A DNA stretch of 62,947 nucleotides, the filler included, from Basidiobolus ranarum (taxonomy: Eukaryota), in assembly GCA_040143965.1 (NCBI GenBank). It is 10 parts of 10 records of this genome, joined end to end, with 100 filler letters (N's around TTAATTAATTAA, not from the genome) between each part and the next. Parts side by side here need not be neighbours in the genome. Positions count along the whole stretch, not along the records: positions 25,263 to 31,469 come from JASJQH010001378.1; positions 31,570 to 37,771 come from JASJQH010001379.1; positions 37,872 to 44,070 come from JASJQH010001380.1; 7 more parts are not named here. One strand, written 5' to 3'. The translations under genes and the position numbers were made by a program. The notes under the pieces were generated by a model, which worked only from the letters and a program-made list of their open reading frames with translations, was not told the origin of the DNA and did no database searches. Numbering within the stretch: position 1 is the first letter of the stretch; every line of letters begins with the position of its first letter. Below, piece after piece: positions 26,210 to 39,878 of this stretch.

Positions 26210-27269
26210 TTTGGACTTATAGGAGGATGTTGTATACTATTTAGCAGTAAATCACAAGTTGATTACTGTGGAATACGATCAGATTGTATTGTGTGCCAGT
26301 GCTTATTTTTTGTCAAAGCAACCTTTACATACTTATAGCTTTTGAGAAGTGAAATATTCCACTAATGGCGCTCTCAGTAAGGTGCGCTATCGTAGTTCGT
26401 ACTCATGAAAACTGACTCACTATTTTCTATTTGGTGCAAATTAATAGCCAAGTTGTCAGGGAAATGGGCCCATTAGCTAATGAATGAACAGATATGGGTA
26501 AATGTTGATACATCGACGCACATGTAGATCTGCTAGATGATATCTACACCAACTCAAACAACCCGGCCCACTCTACACAAAAATGATGTGTCAAGGCTAG
26601 AGCAACTATGGTAAGTAACTCCATACAGCTGCATAGCATGAACAGAAATTCTAGACGTGACGAATGCTTTCTGGCGTAAGGCCTAATTTATTAGTTAAAA
26701 TCTCCAAACAGATTTTTCCATTTCGTTGTCTAGGTGGCTGGCGATGCGTTTTCGATGGTCAATAAGCTTCTCCCCAAAAGCTGATTCAGTGAAACCTTCG
26801 GAACTGATAATTTATCCATAATTCTCACCAACTCTGGAGTGGTTGAATCTGTATAGTAGAGCATACTTTTCAAAAGTATTTAATGTTATGAATCTATTGC
26901 ATGCGAAAACATAATGATTGAGTTCTCCTTGACTTAGTATATTGATTACTAGTTGTTTTGACTGTTACCTGGAGTACTATATGGTTTTGACGAGGTATTC
27001 TAACTTTCCTTCGGCAATGCAACATCCAAGAATCATTGTGTGCAACCTGTCTTAGAATAAAGCGGGTGACTTTAAAGCATTTTTTCGCATCCCCAAGTCT
27101 TTAGTGCAACAATGCCATTTTTCTTATATAGCCATATCCTACTTTCATCACGCTTTCCTTTGGTCGCAGCTTTTCTCTTGACATCGTATTTAGTTTCCTC
27201 TATCCATAAAATCCCTCATCAATTCAATCCATCTTAGTGCTTCTTCTAGCACAACTAAACTGTGTCAAT

Positions 27270-28379
27270 ATGTCGTTAAATGAGGCCACGGTCCTTTACA
27301 ATTTGAACAAGATATCGAACGCGTTGTCACTTGTTGGATGCGTATTTGTAATAATCAATTATCAACTGATCTATCGAAGGTTTCTTATAAACGCTTCTGA
27401 CTCTATAAAAGCACACCATATCTCGCTTTTACTGCTCTCCATCAACAACGTATTTCTACATGCTGGAGGGTTGGCTTACTCTTTACTTGACTGGACAGGA
27501 ACAAGAGCAATCTGTGTTTTACAGGGCCTGCACATGACCTTCTTCAACCTTGCGAACTTCCTCTGGGGAGTCTGTATATGTTTTAATGTGTGAGTGTTTT
27601 ACTCTTGCTTTCATTCCGCACCATCCACTACTTTTGGATCTAATCAATTGTAACGCAGTTATCTGATACTACTTCCCCCAGAAAAGTTGCGATCCGTACG
27701 CCGCAATATTACTTACAAATTTATGGGGTTTTCATTTGGAATTCCACTAATATTAATGATTCCTCTTTATACTCGGTTAGAGGGCATTGCAAACATTGGT
27801 CCATGGTATGTACGATAAACAACAATTAATTACGATAAACAACGATTACGATAAACAGCAATTGCTCCTGTGAACGAGACTAATAGACTTTTATTCAGGT
27901 GTTGGATAAAGGCGAATGATCTCCGATGGGGGATATTCTATGGATGGTTGTTGGCATCATTTTTCATGTACTTATTGCTCTTGAGCGTGGTTCTGGTGTT
28001 CTTGTTTAGAATCTGGAATACTTCAGATTATGCGGACAGAAAGACTCATCACCCATATGAAAAGATGGTTGGTCGCTATGTACTATATGTAGTCGCTTTC
28101 TTCCTCTGCTGGGGGCCTGGAGTGGTGAACCGCGTGATGGAGTTATCGAATCCTGCCTTCTACAGCTTCCCTCTTATGGCCATCCATACATTCTTGAGTG
28201 TATCCCTATCATTCTGGCTAAGTCTGATATGGGGATTCACTACCAGTCTACCTGAAGTGTATCAAATCATTTGGAACTATGGATGGAGTAAGGTCACTCC
28301 TATACAACAATTCGGCTCTTGGAATTCGGCATTTACCGGTTTAAAAGGCCTTGATATCCCTCAACCTACTTATAATTAG
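27270..28379 (+). CDS. cAMP-receptor-like/Git3-type 7TM GPCR (introns 27590-27658, 27806-27898)
   Basis: Spliced product has about 7 hydrophobic helices, CVLQG in TM3, GPWCWI in ECL2, and YVVAFFLCWGPGVVNR in TM6. Confidence 0.85.
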
Positions 28380-28805
28380 CATCTCCTCCCTCCCATCCAC
28401 AATTCGCTGAAGTTGGGCGAGATAGGCTATGTACTTCTAACCATCAAGGATAACGATGTCAGACCAGTGGTGAGCGTATTTTCTTTGAACGCTTCTGCTA
28501 CATTCTTGTTCTCGCCAGACTTCTTGAGAGACACATAATCATGGATTATCTTGTTACGCATAAAGGTCACCAAAACTTCTGAGGTGAGAAGTAAATTGTC
28601 GCTTTATTATTAGTTGGCCATAGCTTCCTGAAACTGAAATAACAATGAGAGTTCGAAATAAAATTCAATCAGTGTTCGGGAGTTTCCCACATTTAGTTTC
28701 AAATAGGTTTTGCATGCCCTAATCAAACTGAATAAATTAAACGTATCCTTACCTTCCCGTATCAGCCTTGGTCTAAGTTATAAATATGAAGGGTTAGGAT
28801 TAGGT

Positions 28806-28895
28806 TAAATTCATATAACTTAAATTCATATAGCCTAAATTCATATAACCTAAATTCATACAGCCTAAATTCATATAACCTAAATTCATACAGCC
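28806..28895. repeat. 15-bp minisatellite x6 with 30-bp higher-order pattern
   Basis: TAAATTCATA(T/C)A(A/G)C(C/T) units alternating -TAAC and -AGCC; preceded by GGGTTAGGATTAGG. Confidence 0.93.
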
Positions 28896-30249
28896 GGTAT
28901 GCGACGCCACCTAAATGTAGTTAGTAAAGGATATGATGGAAGTGTCCTACTACTCTATGATGTCATAATCCAGCAACGTGAAGTCGATGTAAATACTAAT
29001 TATTGTTATTAATACAATACTATATGCATGTTTTAATCAAATTTTTGATAACAAGTATTAAATCACCCGAATTAACCAGATTGGCCTAGAAACTGCTTAA
29101 AGATGACTACAATATAACTATATCCACTGGCTGGATGATCTCACGTTGTCAATATATTTGGAAATGAAAAGTTCAGATAAGTGGGTATCGAAGTGGGTAT
29201 CGAACTCATCTATGTCTGGTCATGTGCAAACTATACTTCATGGATTATCTACAATGTTTTTGATCGTGTGAAAAAGACTTCGAATAGCTTCATAAGCCTT
29301 TGACGCCTACAAAACCATAGTTGAATTTAGGTTGGGAGGCAATGAAGCTATTGGATGGTGTGGAGATAGCGAGGTCGTAAACATATTATTAACATGGACT
29401 GTCATGATACCCAAAACCCTTTTCTACGTGCCATAAGAATTTGAGAATGGTATTGCTTGGATAACGACAAAGCAAATCGGAATTTATGCCCTCATTTGTA
29501 GCATCCAACTCCGCTACTCATTATAATCGTTATAACCAAGATATAGCATGAATTTGGTATGGTAAATCTTCCTGAATTATCCTCTTGAATTATCCTCCAG
29601 TTTACAAAGACTTATAATGACATTCGATTTTTACTTTAGAGGCGAAAAAGTCCGGTTATCCAAGTTGCTGGAATTGATTGTTGATGGTAAGTTCAATACC
29701 TACGTAAGGAAGCTCTCAGTCACTAAGATTTGCATTTTACTACGCTTTAGTGGATATACAAGAATCTCGTTTAAGTTCACTTGCCATACCTTACGTGTAT
29801 AATTTTCTGCGATATGCATTTACCACAACCAGTTCCCATTTCCCACTAGGATTTTAGAATATATTTCAATCGAAGGTTTTCATGCTAGAAGTTTGAAGAT
29901 CTGATAGTTAAGGAGCAATTAAGCAATGCGGAAGTGATACAAATGAACAGTCACCCTACATTAATTAGATATGTATCATTGGATAACACATCCAAGTATG
30001 TGTTATGGTAAGCTAAAATAGATGCTAGTGCATATGAGTAGACGGCTTAGTTTTCAGGGTATCTTATAAACACAAAGATATAGTAGTTTGAATAATTTAA
30101 GGTGTATGGCCGGACCGTAGGTGAAAAATTCATGCTCTAGGTTTGGCCTTGTTTAATAATTAAGGTGAGACTTGTGATTTGGACTTCTTTGGTGGAAATA
30201 CTCCTATGTTAGGGATGCATTTAATTTATATGTTAGAGTATAATGAGCT

Positions 30250-31300
30250 ATTTTCTCATCAGTTCGGACAGCTTGGAACCTTCACAGGGAATATTACCAG
30301 TACTCTGATTATTCACATGTTTTGTATATGTATTTTTGAGTTCTGAATTATGCAATATTCATATAAAATGTATCACTCTTTTGGATGAGATATATGGCTA
30401 GTATGTCGTAGAGAGATAACTATTGGGTACATATGAGCTTTGTAGAGGATGTGTCTGAAATATAGAGTCATGAATAATTGGAGAGATACGTATTAAATGA
30501 TCAGAGATAAGTTATAAAAAGTCTATGGTAAAAGTACAGTAAACCATGTACTTCTTCAAACCTGGGAAACTGCTTGATGCTTGTATCAATATTTACATTA
30601 TCCTATTGTTTTGGTTTAGCATATCTTGTGTGATTGAAATGGATTGCAGTTAAGTATATCATGAATCACTTCAGTTAGATCATGATTGCTTGTTATTGTT
30701 AAACATTCAATGATTGGTAAGTTTCAAACTTGGGGATATACTTGAATTGTCAGTTACCCAAAATCTTAATTTGGCAATACTAAATCAGGTAACTTGGTAT
30801 TGGCTGGCACACTAACTCAAATAAAATCATTTTTTCCAATTGTGGTGGGTTCCTCATAGTATCAAATTAGGTATTATAGGACCTAGCCATGGTAACTGAC
30901 AAGTTGCACCAGATAATATGCAAGCAAGCTGCATTGAGCAGCTCAATCTGACCTGGTCAGATGGAACAAATCTATTAATTGGATATACCTAGGAAACCAC
31001 CCTTATGTGTGGATGTTCTTTTCTAGAGATACATCTTTCTTCTGGTGCAACAGGAATGTTTAAAGAAGCCATGTAATTTTAGTTACAAGTTTTTGAGCTA
31101 TTAAAGGCTAAGTCTTGATAAAGAAAGTAATCAGAGCATGGTCTCTACACAAAGCCAGGCAAGTATCAATACCAATGAGTTCACAACAACAGCTTTAGTT
31201 TTGCCCACTGAGTCCATTTGTTTTACTTTACCTCAAAGATTGTGACAATGTTGAAAGTGAAGATACCATGAAAAGTACCAGTTGAGGTTGGAGAGCCGTG
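30250..31300 (-). mobile_element. Possible highly decayed Ty3/gypsy pol remnant
   Basis: Broken minus-strand peptides ELLNAACLHIIW, FKYIP, EVHGLLYFYHRLFI, IIHDS and KTCE occur in the order expected for the RNase H to integrase Zn-finger region; many stops. Confidence 0.4.
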
Positions 31301-31469
31301 AGTTTTATTTGCTGGTGCTTTGGCTTGTTGAGAGGTGCCAGGTTTTGGATAAACTTCTAATTTTAGCACTCTTCCAACTGGTGTACCCGGTTCCATGGTG
31401 AAATTAAGCTTTTTTGCCAGTATATCTGACTCTGGAATTGCAGATCTTTGTAATGGTGTGAAGAATTCA

Positions 31470-31569
31470 NNNNNNNNNNNNNNNNNNNNNNNNNNNNNNN
31501 NNNNNNNNNNNNNTTAATTAATTAANNNNNNNNNNNNNNNNNNNNNNNNNNNNNNNNNNNNNNNNNNNN
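31470..31569. other. Artificial contig spacer
   Basis: 44 N + TTAATTAATTAA + 44 N. Confidence 0.99.
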
Positions 31570-31811
31570 AGAATCTTTTAATACCCCGGTTCATTCCTAT
31601 CTTATTTGGAATCGATATTAGTTCTCCATAAAACTACTCCATTGAGAGAACTGTGGCTAGAGAAAATTCATATAAACCTTTAGTTGTGGCATATTGTGAC
31701 CGATAACACTTACTCTCATCGACTACGAAGTAACTTGTGTGGTAAATATTCACTGGTGTTGATGCATCCTTATCTTTAACCTCTCACCAAACCCGCTATT
31801 CTTTGCTTACG

Positions 31812-34026
31812 ATGACTTCACTCTATTTATTTTCTTCTTTACTCCTCTTCTGGCTTTGTATCCCTTTTGCAATCAAGCTCCTTAATAGGGTAAAAGAGGT
31901 ATTTGGTTTTAAGAACACGCTTTCTTCGTAGTATAATAGGAGCGAAGTTTTCAGTGAAACTAATAAGCAACCATTGACTCTGTTTCTTGTAGTCTCGAAA
32001 AGGCGACATTTTCCTAATGGAGGAATCTGGTTCAAAACAACATAACGACGAACCTACACACAATTCCTCACATGCTATACACACCTCTTTGTTTCAAATA
32101 CGTTACACGACAACCGTTTTAAATGGTCCGTTTCGCAAAGCTGCTGCTTTTGTACCAAACTTTTGGAAAAACTGGTTCACTATTGGGGTGTGTTTTGGCT
32201 TAGCTGCCATGATATTTGGATTTGGCTTGGTACTTCTTGCTGGCTGGAGGATAAGCTTAATTTTATGTCAAAGTTGGTTGGATCATACAGGCAACACGGG
32301 CGAATTGCCCATCAATGGGCCGAGTGATCATTCTGGTCAGTTGATTATCCCAATGGTGTGGTTCATTCTCAATACTATATCTATGAAGACAGAATTTACA
32401 TAGTCTTAATTATCATAGATCCCCGGTGTGACCTTGCCACTTTCCCACGTGGCGTACTACCTTGTAGCATTGCTCTTGTCCGGTATAGTGCATGAGGTTG
32501 GGCATTCTATCGCAGCTATGAGGTATTTTTATATGAAGTGCAATTAATCAATATATGGTCGATTAATTTTCAATCCTAGCGAACGAGTTCCAGTGCATTC
32601 ATTTGGAGTGTTTGTGATCTTTTTATACCCCGGGGCTTTTGTTGCCGTTTCCTCTCGCCACTTGGCACGGCTATACCCATTTCGAAAACTTCGGGTAATT
32701 TGTGCAGGTGTGTGGCACAATGCAGTTTTATTCTTGATCGTATGGTGCCTCTTGTCGAGCGGGGCAATGAATTTTTGCTTTAGTTTGGTTGGTTGGGCCG
32801 AGTTGCATCCAAATGATGGAGTAGCTGTAGTGAATGTTGCTGCGGTAAGTTAGTAAGTCTTGGAGTGTTCATACTCAAGACTAAACCCAGCTGTCTTTGT
32901 AGGACTCTCCGTTGAACGCATTCCTCTCTCAATCTTCTTTGATCATTGGATTAAATGACCAACCATTGAGTGATGGTCTTGATTCTTGGAATCAGATTCT
33001 ATTGGGTACGGTCCTTGAGAACGCGCCAGAGCATCGTAAGGGCTTCTGCGCTTCACAGCCAGAAATAGAAGGTTACACGCTTTTGAATGCAGCTTTAAAT
33101 ATCACTAATGACTAATTTTTGTTTATAAAGTTGAACCTCTGGAATGCTGCGATATTTCACAGCAGTATCCATTTGGACAGAGTCATAACGAATCAATTAG
33201 TTGTTTTACTACACTTGTTCCTTTGGGTGAGCAACTTGAGGAAGATGTTAGTACAACAATCCCTGTATCAACATTGCAAGCATGTTATCATGTTGAATAA
33301 CAATTCTTACTCTAGATCGGCTCAAAATATGCATGCCTTCCCTCCATCAAAACGGTTACTCAAAACCAACGCTGCAAGATTGACACAGATTGTGACTTTT
33401 ATCATCAAGATGGATTTACTAGTGGGAATTGCATGGTACCATTTAGTCCACAACCTAACGTTAGGTTATTGCGAATGTTCTTCCGTGAGCCGGAATGGAA
33501 CACCGGATCCAAAGTTGCCCAGAGTGACAAAATGGTTGTCTTTCTGGGTGACTATGCTGAAGTCTGGAATACAGGTACTTACTGTTCACACACATTATAT
33601 ACCAAGAATTACCGTTGATGAATATATATGTATATGGTATTACAGTTCAAGTAAGTATACTGAAGCCTCGCTGGTGGTTTGTTCCTGCTTCTCTTCCTCT
33701 GATGATTGAATCAGTTCTAAGGTAATCATTGAGCGAACTTGTTGGTTAGTTCTCATGCTTCTTTAACCTGAACCATTTGTTGTAGATATATACTCTCTTT
33801 TACTCTCGCCTTGTCCATTTTGAACATCCTTCCTGCATACCACTTGGATGGACATCATGCTCTAAGTGCCATTCTTTCCATATTGTTTTCTTCGTCCGAG
33901 CAGAATAACAATGGCATGGTTCAACTTCGAAAGGCGATGGAGAAATCCATCCTGATAGTTACCAGCATCCTGATAGGATGGGTGATAATAGGTAGTCTGG
34001 TGTTGACTCTTCTGGGCCTTCACTAA
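31812..34026 (+). CDS. MBTPS2: Site-2 protease (peptidase M50, MBTPS2/S2P-like), multi-exon
   Basis: IPGVTLPL...IVHEVGH (HExxH, about 32491), YPGAFV, AGVWHN, a Cys-rich insert, and NILPAYHLDG (NxxPxxxLDG). Confidence 0.9.
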
Positions 34027-34494
34027 ACCAGCTGAACTACATGTGAGATCGATTGCTCAATTTTAACACATTTTCCCTCATGTGTACACATTTGTATAAA
34101 ATACTTGACGTTAGGAATGAAGAAGGGCATTGGCTCATTGATCTGTTGCACTTGAAAATTAATCATGTACAAATACGGGGATTCCTGGCGGTTTCATTTG
34201 TTACGACATTTCATAAAATATATGTACACATTTGCATACATTTCCCGTGTGGAATAAGTATCTGGTTTTCATCGAAACCAATCTTGAATGCAGTTGAAAT
34301 CAGTTAAATATTCGATAAATATACGAGAGATTTTTTTCCTCCCTAAATCATTTTGAATATTGATTTGTGCCATGATCCAATCATACCGGTGTAAATCAAC
34401 ACTTAGTATTGACAAGAAAGTCTCGACTTCCACTCCTACCTTTCTTTCTCTCTCTTAAATGTACCATACCACACTCATAAAATAGAGAAGAGAA

Positions 34495-35157
34495 ATGTTC
34501 ACGGAACAAGACGTAAATGGATACAGTGACAGCGAGTATGAATACGAGGAAGAAGTTAGCATAAAAATCATCACTTGAAAGTTTTGAAACCTCTAAATAA
34601 TAACACGAAAAAGGTCAATTATATAGTTATGGATCTGGGTACAGAAGTCACAACTGACATGTTGAGAAGTTCAGGTACTGACGGATATTCCCTTATGGTA
34701 ATTTCAGGACTTTTTTCTTTTTAGAGTTTCCTCTTCGAAACAATTGGTAACTGAACTCAAGTCCACTTTTTCATAGGGCTTGGATACGGAGTCTCCATAT
34801 CTGAAGATTGGTAACATGGTATTCAAAGGACAATATGATGAAACACTTGGAACTGAGCTGATCTTTTGTCCTCCAGGTAATATTTATCTTTCTGCTTAGA
34901 TAGTCACATAGCTTGTTGATCAGAACGTGTGTCACTCAACTCCTATATTAATCTGAATCCTAGAGCAACAAAAGACAAATATCAATGCAAGAAACCAGTC
35001 GACAGAATCTGAAAGTAAAGAAGTGAAATTTTTCTGTCATACCACAAAGAAAATCACCTTGTCCAAGGTTAATTTGCAACCCAAGCTTACTAAGAATCCT
35101 CCCAACGAAGAAAATGGGGCTCCTACAACAACCCCAGTCATGATGGAACAAGATTGA
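34495..35157 (+). CDS. TFIIIC subunit 6-like (GTF3C6/tau55 domain), 4 short exons; absent from the ORF track
   Basis: Spliced: ...YEYEEE/VNYIVMDLG...YSLM/GLDTESPYLKIGNMVFKGQYDETLGTELIF.../EVKFFCHTTKKITL, matching the GlDTxxPxlxvgxxxFxGxYxxTlGT pattern. Confidence 0.8.
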
Positions 35158-36157
35158 ACTACTTTTTAGATGATACATTAGTCTGAGTGGGAAGTTGTTT
35201 AACAGGCGTGAAAGCATTTTTAAGTTAGCATGTAGTCTTCAAATGTTTGTTAGATAAGGCCTATTTGTCAGTGGAAATATTAACCGAAGTAGATTTGCTA
35301 ATTCTTGGCCCTCCATAGATCATCTTGTTTTTTCATGGTGTTGCGTAAATTAGTCAAATCACAGCCAAAATATCAATATAAGGGTAAATAAAGGGATGCT
35401 TTATCATTGATTAGATGGTCAATTCGGATGGTAGTCTGATCATACTCACTCCGATGACACCTTGTGCAAAAGATAAGTTAACCTGTTCCTGTGGACCAGG
35501 GGGCTTGCATGTATACTCGGTTGACTGTCATATGCAAAGAGCATTCTGCTTGTTTGTGAGCAGCATTTGTTGACGTAATTCGATCCAAGGTGATACGATA
35601 GAGCATTATTGCTTCAAGCTCAGTGGATAGATTATTTGACGCAGTTTATTGGATCTCATACAGATTAGTTTATTTCAACTTTTACAGATTACATATTTCC
35701 ATTAGTGAACGATGTACGTATATATGCGATCCTACTCCACTGGTAGGGCAATATTGGTTGAAACATGTCTTAAGGAGTAATATGTGGATTGATTTAGGGA
35801 CCTAGTGGCTTAGTCTACGTGAGCCCTAATCCCCCCTGTGCAACAGCTATTCAGACGGTCACAAAAGTTTCCATTTCGTCCAGTCACTTGGCTCATCCGA
35901 GCGCATCAACGCTCTTTATAAAGCTTTTCATCGAGTTTCGTCATTATGAAGTCAATTTTGAATTGATATTTCATATTTTTTCATTGGCTTTCATACCCTT
36001 GCTCAGCTCCGTGACATCACTACTTCATTACCGCCAAATCCATCACTCAGCTCCAATTAAGTTCCTCTTCGCTATTTACCTTTCTTCAGTTGAATATCTG
36101 TCCTTCGTCATAAATATTAATCAAAAACTCCTTTGTATATCATTCCCTTGACGCACA

Positions 36158-37771
36158 ATGTTCGAAACGCTTGTCGCAAACGTATTAAATAAATTCCTAG
36201 GTGATTATGTATCAAACTTAGAGACCACACAGCTAAACATAGCCATATGGAAAGGTAGCTTATACAACACTACAAAAGTACTTCATCCTTTTCTATCGAA
36301 AGTTAAACTTTGTTTGAACATAGGGGATGTTAAATTGCGCGGACTAAAACTTAGAAAAGAAGCGCTTGATAAGTTTAATCTACCCATCGACGTTCTGGAA
36401 GGTAAATCATATATACTTTTGCGAACAATCACTCCCCAAGGACTGGAAATAACCTCTGTTAAAAGGATATCTGGGTGAACTGACCTTGAAAATCCCTTGG
36501 CAAAATTTAAAAACACAGCCTGTACGCGTATTTATTGACAATGTGTATATTCTTGCCGCCCCCAGAAGAGATACCTCAGTTAGTTTCTATGAAAGTAACA
36601 AGTTGAATGTCGTATAGTTTGTTAAGTTTTTTTGCTATTAGTATGATCAAAATGAAGAGGAAGAGCGTCTGCAAAAGTTGAAGCAAGAAAAATTGGAAAC
36701 AGCGGAACTTCTTCATACACAGCCTAGTTCTGCACCTACCAATAGTAAGCCGAAGTTGTTGAATATTAGTGGAAGCACATTCGTATCATATTAATGGTGA
36801 AATCGCCTTTCATTAGATGCAGATGACGCCAAATCAAACTCTTTTACGCTGCAGCTGGTCACAAAAATTGTAGATAATTTACAAGTGTCGATAAATAATA
36901 TTCATATCCGATACGAAGATCAAATCAGTAACCCTGATGTAAGTGCTAAGAGTACCACATTCTATTCACAACCTCATCGTCGTTTATTACTAACGAACAA
37001 ATCAACCAGCATCCTTTTTCAGTTGGTGTTACTCTATCGGAACTTTCAGCAGTCTCTACAGACGAGAATTGGAATGAGACTTTCATCAGCCAGCCCACCG
37101 ATGCCGTTCATAAGGTTTGCGTACTATATCTTCAAATGCCACGTTACATCAGCTTCTTATCATTCCGGTTTAGCTTCTTAAATTGAAATCACTTGGCGTT
37201 TACTGGAATACCGAATCTAAATCCTTGGCAGGAAAAAGTTACGAAGAATTTATTAGAAGCTTCACGAGCCTTGTAAGTTCATAAATCTGTTTAAACTTCA
37301 GATCGAAGGATTCGACTAACTGGAATTTTAGATTACTTCCGAAAAAAATAACAGCTTAGAGCATCAATTCGTGTTAAAGCCAGTTTCTGGTGCTGGTAGA
37401 GTCAGTATTTAGTTTCTTAAAAAACCGCTATCGTATTGCACTCGCTAACATCGTCTTGATGAAATTAGCTTATCCTAAACAAATCCTTCAACGCTGATAA
37501 AGCCAAAAATGTAGCACTCCTGTTGTTTGATGAATTTGGCTTTGTCATTGATGATGAACAATATCGTGATCTACTCTTGCTTGCTAACTTATTCGAGTAT
37601 TCCATAAGACAGGAGAAGGTATTTCTTCTATATTGACTTATGCTTTTGGTCAAGAGCTTTACTAATTTACTCCTTAGTATCGTAGTTTCCGACCCCCCAG
37701 AGACGTGAGTCCAAAAGATGATCCCAAAGCATGGTTGCGATTTGCTGGTAATATTAGGATATATGTATATT
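36158..37771 (+). CDS. VPS13: VPS13 lipid transfer protein, N-terminal chorein region (intron-rich, 3' truncated)
   Basis: MFETLVANVLNKFLGDYV...NIAIWK/GDVKL...LGELTLKIPWQNLK...KIVDNLQVSINNIHIRYED. Confidence 0.95.
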
Positions 37772-37871
37772 NNNNNNNNNNNNNNNNNNNNNNNNNNNNN
37801 NNNNNNNNNNNNNNNTTAATTAATTAANNNNNNNNNNNNNNNNNNNNNNNNNNNNNNNNNNNNNNNNNNNN
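37772..37871. other. Artificial contig spacer
   Basis: 44 N + TTAATTAATTAA + 44 N. Confidence 0.99.
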
Positions 37872-39382
37872 CGATTTGATCCAACAAACTCAAAGCTTCT
37901 TCGAACTCATTTGATTCAACCAATTGATCAATCTGAAATGAAAAACGTTAAAATCGTGGTACTAAATTAGCTTGTACAAAAGAACATTCAACTGTAGACC
38001 TGCTTCATAAAATCCAATGGGATAAGACGCCACACATGGTCTGCGCTTGCGATGTAGATCACTTTTCCTTGGGTCATCATCTGCGCGTGCATCAACTCGA
38101 TGTTTTGGACCAATCTTTGAGTTCCAATATTACGAATTTCCACATGTTTGGATAAGATTGCGATGGCGTAAGGGAACGAGTACCCTACGTAACATACATA
38201 GTTCTAGAAAGAGAAACTCTAAGAGAAGTCTTTAATGTAGACATACCCAATTCTTCGGGTGCAGCAGACCAACTGATTCCTGCTTTACGGGTAGGCGTAC
38301 CATCAGGGCTAATGAAGATACTAACATCTTTGGTAGAATAATGACGTTAAAGAAGGGTATCAGAGAATCTAAGCAATGGGCTGATGCTTACTATCTTTTT
38401 CTACCAAAAGCTCGTCGTTCGGTAATCTTACGATCAAGGGTTTTCCAGCATTCAAAATCATTCCCATTGCACCAATTGCCATTGAGCCTAATTCACTTAA
38501 ACTACTTCCTAGACCAGTACCTTCACCAGCGTTGACGAACAACTCGGTTAATTTGCCAGTGGACAAATCCAATATTACGTAACCTTTGGTGAAAGATAGA
38601 CACAATTTGGTACTAGAAGCCCAGGTAATCTTACGAACTTTATCCGGCACATTGAATTCCTGGCGTTTGCAACTGTCAATTTATAGACTGAAAGAAAACT
38701 TCATGAGCATTAAGTAATTTACCTTGGTGTCAAGTAAGTCCATATCTTCCCAGCTATATATTACCAATTTTTTTTTCACGGCAACGCATAAACGTGTCAT
38801 GATAGCAGGTATACCATCCTCAATCTCGATGCTGCTACTTACTGCAAATAGGTAAGCGTTCTTGATTTTTGGTAACTGCGGGCGAAGTGTCAGTGTCTGC
38901 GTGTCGTACATCGAAACCACGTTATCTATTAACACCGCAGTTCTAATGTTAACAACGATACCTTTCAAAAACTTGAACTGGTTGAAATTTACCTGAGAGT
39001 GAAACCAACACATCCATTTCTTTAATATATTCTAATTGTTCGATGGTTTTTTTTGAGAAATTCTTCTTGGATTCAATAAGTGTCACGGATAAGGGTTCTT
39101 CATCTAAAAAAAGGGTTCAGTTCAAGAGTTTCGTAATATATCTTTGACGCAGATGTATAGCCTCTTAAGCAACCTGTGGATTCCCTGACTTCATAAACTA
39201 GCAATACACCTGTAGAAGTACCAATATACAATCTATCACCTAAAAATCCATTTTGAATAATAATAAGTAAGTCTGACTTCAACAACATGTTCTCCAGTAA
39301 GGTAACAACTATAGGCCAATACGGCTTCAATCTTCAACGGCAGATCTTCCACCACAGGAACTACCTCGAATGCCTGATGCAT
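37872..39382 (-). CDS. VPS39: HOPS subunit Vps39/Vam6, N-terminal CNH domain (3' truncated)
   Basis: MHQAFEVVPVVEDLPLKIEAVLAY/GDRLYIGTSTG...RLCVAVKKKL...WSAAPEELGM...HVWRLIP, with GT-AG introns. Confidence 0.9.
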
Positions 39383-39878
39383 GTTGGCAGATATTAATAT
39401 TATCGATAGAAACGAGCAAGCTTTGCAAAATTCGACTATTCCAAAAATGAGTAGGAACCTATCGGTGACGGAAGTAGTGACGGCTAGAAATATTATCATG
39501 GCATTTAATCACTATTGAATCAATTTTGCGGATATCTTAATTAAAGCATGTTTATCATCGATTTCCTTGCATTTAAGGGTAAACTCTAGTAATTAAAGCG
39601 TTGGAGTTTTCTTGTATAAATAACTGCTATGCAACTCACTTCGGAGAAATTCATTCATGATATGGAATTTGTTATCAAGCTTTATTAATGGCCAGTATTT
39701 GGGTATCATATTATAAGCAATCAAGCAAAACTTTGGGTAAAAATATGGCATTTAGGAGAAAGCCGCCAAAGTCAACAATGGCAGATGAAAATATATTACA
39801 CAAAAAGGAAAGGAAAGGAAATAAACAAGAAAGCGAGGATGAATGGATGGGTTAGATTAAGTTATCAAAAGAGATATT

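Noticed and set aside
27811-27863. TACGATAAACA repeated three times
   Set aside because: A short slippage repeat inside a GPCR intron with no sign of function.
9888-28379. G-alpha and GPCR as a linked signalling locus
   Set aside because: Different contigs.
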